Shown one piece after another: positions 10,308 to 16,615 of a DNA stretch of 16,615 nt. Position 1 is the first letter of the stretch. Every line of letters begins with the position of its first letter. Source of the stretch: Octopus sinensis. Its lineage: Eukaryota. The stretch covers positions 1 through 16,615 of the forward strand of contig NW_021825112.1 in NCBI RefSeq assembly GCF_006345805.1, written 5' to 3'. The translations under genes were made by a program, and so were the position numbers. The notes beneath the pieces are model-generated. The model was not told where the DNA came from. It searched no databases and was given only the letters and a program-made list of their open reading frames with translations.

Positions 10308-11160
10308 ACTTTGATTTTTATCCCCTTATTTTAAAATTGTATGGATAATACCGTACTAAATTCTGGTGCCTCAACTTAAGTACCATATTAATCTGAATCT
10401 ATATGTATATGTATGTATGTATGTATGTATCTATTTATCTATCTAGCTCTCTATGTTTGTATGTATGTATAAATATATAATACATACACACATCAATGTA
10501 TATATGTCTACATATAAATATTTGTCTGGTGCACACACACTGACATCCATTATACACACACGAACATTTATATGTCGTGTCTACGTACAATTCCGAATTG
10601 GAATTCGGCAAGTATGAATGAATTGTATTTCTAGTCTAAATTCAATGCACGATTAAATAATCTTTTTTTACTTCTCTTATTTATGTGAAGAAAGATGGTG
10701 GAATATGATATATGCTCAAATAACAACATCATGAAAAAACAACATCAACAAAATTCAATGAAAAATGAAATCATTAAATTGAAACATATATTTAGTTTTG
10801 ATGTTGTGGCTGTTGTCAGCGTTGAGATGGGAAGATGTGGGAATGGTGAACAATAATGAACAGATAGAAGTTAAACATATCTGTTCACAGTGAAGGTCGA
10901 CAAAATTCTCTCCTCACTGACTTGATTAAATACAAAAGAATTGTCAGTTATTAATTATTTACAAAAATTTGAAATTTCAATGAAGATTTTGGATGCAAGT
11001 CAATCGATGCCATGTTGATGCCCAAGAGAGGTATTCCAGTTTTGAATCGTATGAAAATTTTAAATTTCCCCCCACCTTCTGTTTCTTTTTTTTTAAATTA
11101 TTATTTTTATTTTTTGTATTTCTTTCTTTTTAATTTCGATACTCAAAATAATGTGAAAAT

Positions 11161-11163
11161 AAC

Positions 11164-11216
<53 letters not shown>

Positions 11217-11220
11217 CAAT
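11161..11220. repeat. (AAT)n microsatellite
   Basis: Direct reading. Confidence 0.95.
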
Positions 11221-11259
11221 ACTAACGACAACGGCAACTGCATAATGAAGACAGTTAGT

Positions 11260-11466
11260 TCTAATTTAGGCAAAAGGCCAGCAATTTTTAAGACAGTGGG
11301 ATTGTTGATTTACCCAGCAAAAGTTTTCAAGTGTTACTTTATTTGTCGGCCCCAGAGGGACGAATAGAATAGCTGATCTCCACGGATTTTAAATCGGAAA
11401 CGGAAAAGATATATCGTATATATATTCTATTCTACTCTAGGCACAAGGCCTGAAACATTTGAGGAG
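11260..11466 (-). mobile_element. Degenerate SINE-like repeat of a second family (3' portion) plus a short second copy of its end
   Basis: ttctaatttaggcaaaaggcc (about 11260) and ttctactctaggcacaaggcc (about 11430) are related termini. The internal tactttatttgtcggccccagagggacgaatag resembles the reverse of a SINE core domain (from recall). Confidence 0.5.
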
Positions 11467-11580
11467 AGAATAAGTACTAGACTTACAAAGAATAAGTCTA
11501 GGGATTGATTTGATAAACTAAAGGCGGTGCTCCAGCATGACCGCAGTCAAATGACTGAAGCAAATAAAAGAATAAAAGAA
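11467..11580 (+). mobile_element. 3' half of the same SINE family as 6079-6484
   Basis: agaataagtactagacttacaaagaataagtctaggg...ggcggtgctccagcatgaccgcagtcaaatgactgaa..taaaagaataaaagaa aligns with 6365-6484. Confidence 0.88.
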
Positions 11581-11587
11581 TATATAA

Positions 11588-11641
<54 letters not shown>

Positions 11642-11740
11642 TGTGTATATCATATGTGTGTGTGCGTGTGTGTTGCATTTTTGGAACGGTTTATCTTGAA
11701 GTAGAAAAAGCTGAAAATGATACTGTATAAATTCTGATTT

Positions 11741-12029
11741 GTGGAGGCACATGGCCTTGTGGTTAGAGCAGCGGATTCGCGGTTGAGAGATTGAATGTTC
11801 GAATCTCAGACCGGGTGATGTGTGTGTTTATGAACGAAACATCAACGGTCAACGCGGCTCCAGCAGAAGGTAATGGCGAACTTCTGAGGACTCTATCACC
11901 ATAACTTTCTTTCACTCTTTCCTCCTGCATATTGCAGCTCACCTGTGATGGATCTGCGTCCAGGTGAGGAACCTATACGCCAAGGAAACCGGGAAACCGG
12001 CCCTATGCTTCACAAGATGCAAAAGGGAT

Positions 12030-12060
<31 letters not shown>

Positions 12061-12087
12061 AAGAAGAAGAAGAAGAAGAAGAAGAAG
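11741..12087 (+). mobile_element. Full-length tRNA-derived SINE with probable RTE-type 3' end, (AAG)n tail and TSD
   Basis: A box tggccttgtggttag (11752-11766) and B box gttcgaatctc (11797-11807). (AAG)n tail at 12031-12087. Flanking direct repeats aaattctgattt (11729-11740) and aaatactgattt (12088-12099) match at 11/12. The RTE assignment rests on recalled similarity and the short-tandem-repeat tail. Confidence 0.85.
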
Positions 12088-12126
12088 AAATACTGATTTA
12101 AACATTTTTGAATATGAAAAGTCGAA

Positions 12127-12204
12127 GGCTCCGCATGGGACTCGAACAAGAACCTATATCACTTGTAGACATAAAAAAAAAATTACCACTGGACCAAAGA
12201 AACC
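12127..12204 (-). pseudogene. Degenerate tRNA-like sequence (tRNA pseudogene or isolated SINE head)
   Basis: Reverse complement ggtttctttggtccagtggtaa(t)10atgtctacaagtgatataggttcttgttcgagtcccatgcggagcc has A box tggtccagtggt, B box gttcgagtcc and partly complementary ends. The internal oligo-T would terminate Pol III. Confidence 0.55.
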
Positions 12205-12879
12205 CACCACTTTTCTCACCCATTTTATAAATGTTATTTTACTATCAAGAAACATGCAATTATTTATAGCCTTATGTGCTTCGGGACCTAACATTTCAAA
12301 ATTGAATTAATTTTTGTTCCCGAAGTTTATAAATTACTATGATGCTATAGGCAAATAGATATGAAAGTAAACAGATAGACATACAGACGGATAGGTACAT
12401 GGGTAATATGAACAGATAAGCACACATGCGCAAATGAAGACTGAAACACATGCCACCCCCCCCCACACACACACTCTTCACTTCACACAAGGACACATAT
12501 GGAAATACATATCCATAGTACATAGTCACAAAAAAACCATGCACACATCCACAGGCACACTCCGACATGCACACAGAAGGGGGCAGATACACACATACAC
12601 GGACACAGACACATACATATATACATACATGTATACACACACTTGCATGCAAACATACATTCATACATACATATATATATATATATGCATATATATATAC
12701 ACACACAGACACATATATGTATATATATATATATATGGGAAACAAAAGAACAAGAGTAAACAAGAGAGACAGAGACAGGCCGAAACAATGAGAATGTCTC
12801 TTGTATTTGAATACTACGCAAATATTCTTTTAAAAACCTTTTCATTTAATTTTTCCAAAATTTAATTCTTTTCCATGCT

Positions 12880-12917
12880 CAGAGTTGAAAAAGTCTCAAT
12901 GACTGAAACCGGTACCC
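12880..12917 (+). ncRNA. Degenerate minimal type I hammerhead-like motif (Penelope-like element relic)
   Basis: ttgaaaa (vs CTGANGA, 2 transitions), stem II agtc/gact, GAAA, palindromic ACCGGT stem III, then GTA triplet. Confidence 0.45.
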
Positions 12918-13032
12918 AAATGTATTTTATGAAATCTTTTAGCATTTTCTACCTTGACTTTTTATTCCATATATATATCAACTCGTGTGATCTTTTATAT
13001 ATATATATATATATTATATATATATCTATATA

Positions 13033-13276
13033 CAGTTGCGGCCAAAATGTTCAGAACGGCATTGTTTTTGTCAGAAAAGTAAGTATAAGTTTTTATCAAT
13101 GTAGTTTTCACAGACAATAAATACAATACTAATTGTTATTGTCTGAGATTTTGGTGTAATTTGAGAGGATAATACAAAAGATATGGATGATTTAGTGATT
13201 TACTGCAAAACACATGGCGGCCATAACTACTTTTCTGACGAAAACAATGCCGTTCTGAGCATTTTGGCCGCCACTG
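13033..13276. mobile_element. Tc1/mariner-type MITE, 244 bp, 49-bp TIRs, TA TSD
   Basis: TIRs at 13033-13081 and 13228-13276 match at 46/49. Termini are CAGT...ACTG, with TA on both sides and no coding capacity. Confidence 0.92.
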
Positions 13277-13280
13277 TATA

Positions 13281-13460
13281 TATGGGGAACAGAACATATA
13301 GGAGGATTAGTTAACTATAATTTTATTCAACGTATTCCCTCTCAAATTTACACAATTGAAGCGCTCCTTCAATTTTTCGAAGCCAAGTAAAAGAACTCGG
13401 GAAGTTGAGTCACCTAACAGAACTTTCGTGAAACCCATGAAATTTGCAGCACCCCGCGAG
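13281..13460 (-). mobile_element. Mariner fragment: transposase C-terminus and right end
   Basis: Minus strand with frameshifts reads PEFFY/GFEKLKERFNCVNLRG/EYVE*. This matches the mariner C-terminal pattern FYxxGIxKLxxRWxKCxxxxGxYVE*. A short terminal segment follows. Confidence 0.75.
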
Positions 13461-13539
13461 CGTCTGCTAATTCTTTACATGTACCACGTCTTCGCGTTCT
13501 TGTATTATTTTGTTTTGTGCTTGTTCTTCACTTCTGGAT

Positions 13540-13575
13540 TTACTATATATACTTATATGTATATATATATATAAT

Positions 13576-13630
<55 letters not shown>

Positions 13631-13780
13631 GTATATATACATATACATATATATATATATATATATATAAGTATATATACATATATACATATATATATTA
13701 GATTGATTGTACGAATGTATGTTTGTATACATATGTAAGTATAAAGACATAGATAGATAGATAGACAGATAGATAGGGAG

Positions 13781-13816
<36 letters not shown>

Positions 13817-13826
13817 CGAGAGAGAG
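13540..13826. repeat. (TA)n, (GATA)n and (GA)n arrays
   Basis: Direct reading. Confidence 0.93.
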
Positions 13827-13928
13827 ATGCACTTAAGTTGGGTTGTGTGCTTAATCAGAAAAATAACTTTAAATATACATAGATATTTCCAAGAATTTCA
13901 CGAATGGCATAGAACAATAACCTCTTAG

Positions 13929-13931
13929 TGG

Positions 13932-13975
<44 letters not shown>

Positions 13976-14651
13976 ATGACGACGACGACGATGACGATGA
14001 CGACAGCGTGGAGAAGGAGGAGGAGGTGGCTAAGAGCAGTGGTGCTTGTGGTACTGGCGCTGCAAATACAAATGATGATAGTGATGATGACAACGACATA
14101 GAGTGCGAACGACGAGAGAGAGAGAGACAAAGAGTCAGAAGAGAGATAGGCTAGAGAAAAAGAGAGAGAGAGGGAGAAGGAGAAATAGAGAGAGATAGAG
14201 AGATATATAGAGAGAGAGTGTGTGTGAGGGGAGCCAATTCCTCAGAGGTCTGTCTCCTGCTGTTCCACATCTGAAGTTCTGTCATTGTTTTAATTATTGA
14301 CGTGTTGGTCGGCACAGCGGCTTGTCATGCAATAATGTCAGACAGCATCAGTGTTGTCGGTAACAGAGGAACGGGTGGAGGTAGCGAGGAGGGTGTGATG
14401 TGAGTAGAAGCGGGGGAACGGAGTGGTAATTGATGATGATGATGATGATGGCGATGAGGATGATGATGATGATGATGATGACGTCGACGACGACGACAAC
14501 AACGATGATGGTTATGAAGATGACGGTGATGATGATAGTGGTGGTGGGGGTGATGATGATGATGATATGGTGGTCGTGGTCGTGGTCGTGGCTGTGCAGG
14601 TGGTGTAAGTGGTAATGACTCTGTTGATGCCATCGGGGTTGTTGATGTTGT

Positions 14652-14683
<32 letters not shown>

Positions 14684-14800
14684 ATGATGATGATGAATAT
14701 GATGATGATGGTGATGATGACGATGTTGATGAATATGGTGAATAAGAGGAATATGATGATAATGAAGATGATGATGATGATGATGATGATGATAATGATA

Positions 14801-14832
<32 letters not shown>

Positions 14833-15045
14833 GATGATGATTAGTTGTGGTGAGTGTAAGGCCTTTCTCCGATCCTCTTATTGCTTTACAGATGACGATG
14901 CTGACGACAGCTCTGAATTACAAGCTTCGTGTTGTTCTGGTTATTGTTTCTGATGTTGTTATTGTTGTTGTTGCAGTATTAATCGTTGGTGTTGTTATAT
15001 TTATTGTTGTTGTTGTTGTTGTTGTTGCTGCTGCTAGTGTTGTCT
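13929..15045. repeat. Trinucleotide repeat field (GAT)n/(GAC)n/(GGT)n/(GTT)n with (GA)n and a unique island at about 14225-14425
   Basis: Direct reading; source of the poly-M, poly-D, poly-H and poly-V ORFs. Confidence 0.92.
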
Positions 15046-15174
15046 TTTAAGGCCGAACCTCTATCACAGCCATCAACCACCCCACTCTTTTCGCACCGAA
15101 GTTTAAACGAGAACCACGAAAATAAATTAAAGTCAATATATATATATATATATAACATGTTACCTCAGTGACAA

Positions 15175-15187
15175 CGCCACCTGGTGG
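15175..15187 (-). promoter_or_regulatory. Candidate CTCF core motif
   Basis: Reverse complement CCACCAGGTGGCG closely matches the CTCF core consensus CCASYAGRKGGCR. Motif match only. Confidence 0.35.
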
Positions 15188-15655
15188 AGGAGTTGCAACA
15201 CTGACACAGATGATGACAAGGGTAGTGGTGATAAGTGTGTTTGTGTGTGTGTATGTGCAAGTGTGTGAATACGTGTGAATGTGAGAGAGATGAAGTGTGT
15301 GAGAGTGGAGGAAAGGCTGAGGTAGGTTAGGTGAGCGCTACTATGTGGTTACATGCGTCAATTATTGCTGCGCTACGGTTCTACAGGGAGGCAAGGCAAC
15401 ACGTTCCGACAGACAAGTTTTCAATTAGCAAGGTCCCACCGGCTGAATACACAGGCAGCATGGTTAATAAGAGGTGTGATGAGGCAGAGAGACAGAGAGA
15501 GAAAGAGAAAGAGAGAGAGAGAGAGAAAGTGTGTTTGTGTGTGTGAGGGAGAGAGAGAGACAGAGGCTGGAAGAAAGTGGGAGAAAGTGTGCGACAGTGG
15601 AACAGAGAGAAAAAGGTCTGAGTTTCAGAGAGGGCGGCGTATAGCTTAGGAAAGC

Positions 15656-15871
15656 ATGTATGTATGTATGTATGTATGTATGTATGTATGTATGTATATA
15701 TCTATCCGTCTATCTATCTATTTATCTACATGTACATGTATATATACAAGTACATTTACCTACATATATATATATACATACACACAATATATCCATATAT
15801 ATATATACATACATATATATATACATACATGCATACATACACACACACACATACACACACACGCACACACA

Positions 15872-15922
<51 letters not shown>

Positions 15923-15945
15923 TATATATATATATATATATATAA
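15656..15945. repeat. (TATG)n/(TA)n/(CA)n microsatellites
   Basis: Direct reading. Confidence 0.95.
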
Positions 15946-16196
15946 ACACTGTGTCGTTTTATTTTGTTTTGTTTACTCTTGTCCTAATTATCCGCAGAAA
16001 AAAAAAATCTTTTTGCGAGCGCCGCCAATTGGGAAGCACTCAGTCTTATTCGTCAAAAGCACCAATTGGTCGATAGCTGATAAAGAATTACAGACCTTGT
16101 TTGGCTCCCGTTCGTTTTTACATTCAGTATACGTTACGTCGTTTGTTTAAACGTTTTTTTTTTCATTTATCAAGTAATGGAGTCAACATACACCGA

Positions 16197-16233
<37 letters not shown>

Positions 16234-16244
16234 TGATCGCTAGC

Positions 16245-16420
16245 GACTACGCATTCTGTATTTTCTCTCCTTGTTTCTTTCTGTGTTCCTTTCTGTGAAA
16301 GAACGTAGGCTCGAAACGTTAAAGACATTTTCGCTTCCCGAGCGTTAAACTAATACATCTGTTTGTTGTCTAAATCATCTGTCTTCGTTTTTTGTTTTTT
16401 TTTCTTGTGTATTCTCCCTA
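16245..16420 (+). mobile_element. Probable Penelope-like element terminal repeat containing a hammerhead-like motif (16289-16324)
   Basis: cttt-CTGTGAA-a-gaac-gtag-gctc-GAAA-CGT-T-aaag has the layout of a minimal type I hammerhead. Pyrimidine-rich flanks resemble recalled octopus Penelope-type ends. Confidence 0.55.
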
Positions 16421-16433
16421 TATACATACATAC

Positions 16434-16615
16434 ATATGAAAATTTCATAGGCTGACAATAAAGGAATGATGCCAGGGCTATAAAAACTTGTTACATTCAT
16501 TTCAATTCTCTTTATTAATAACCGCGTTGTTTCTTTCCAGGTAAATTGGCATCTGGCGGTTGAAAGAAGCCTTCAAAATTAGCCAGTGTCGACTGATAAA
16601 ATTTCACATCGTGGT
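16434..16615 (+). mobile_element. Mariner 5' end: TIR-like start, 5' UTR and decayed transposase N-terminus; runs off the window
   Basis: Starts tatgaaaatttcataggctgac after a TA-rich tract. 16595-16615 reads DKISHRG, resembling mariner N-termini (MDKxxHRxVIK), with the ATG lost. Based partly on recall. Confidence 0.55.

Noticed and set aside
10857-10887. 10-bp hairpin tgaacagata/tatctgttca (also a 12-bp hairpin at 4795-4833)
   Set aside because: Short AT-rich stems with no supporting context; could be chance or unclassified repeat relics.
11945-12310. 121-aa ORF with a poly-Arg run
   Set aside because: Reads through the SINE 3' end and its (AAG)n tail.
14325-15050. Poly-His, poly-Asp, poly-Met and poly-Val ORFs
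   Set aside because: Products of trinucleotide repeats, open in many frames; no splice or homology support.
16525-16550. ttctttccag|gtaa splice-acceptor-like site
   Set aside because: Lies within the probable mariner 5' UTR; no downstream exon evidence.
1-16615. CRISPR array or prokaryotic operon
   Set aside because: No regularly spaced direct repeats with unique spacers and no dense coding; the sequence is clearly eukaryotic repeat-rich DNA.

Overview
AT-rich eukaryotic non-coding DNA saturated with (TA)n, (TG/CA)n, (GA)n, (GAT)n, (GTT)n and (AAT)n microsatellites and layered, decayed transposable elements. The repeat families resemble octopus (coleoid cephalopod) repeats from recall; this was not checked by a search. 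I can support no intact host protein-coding gene. Nearly all ORF-track entries are microsatellite translations. Recognisable elements are an R4/Dong-like LINE relic, a CR1/L2-group LINE 3' end, several tRNA-derived SINEs, a Tc1-type MITE, two mariner fragments, a near-perfect 186-bp palindrome and two degenerate hammerhead-like motifs of Penelope-type repeats. The most notable structure is a 1.33-kb element (8623-9954, minus strand) flanked by a 12-bp target-site duplication. It has a 5' UTR, a single decayed gag-like ORF1 with a CCHC zinc knuckle, a short 3' UTR ending in AATAAA, and no ORF2. It resembles an ORF1-only (half-L1/HAL1-like) L1/Tx1 retroposon, and it sits between the A and B boxes of a SINE head. 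The window also shows a SINE/LINE shared 3' tail whose stem-loop has compensatory base changes.
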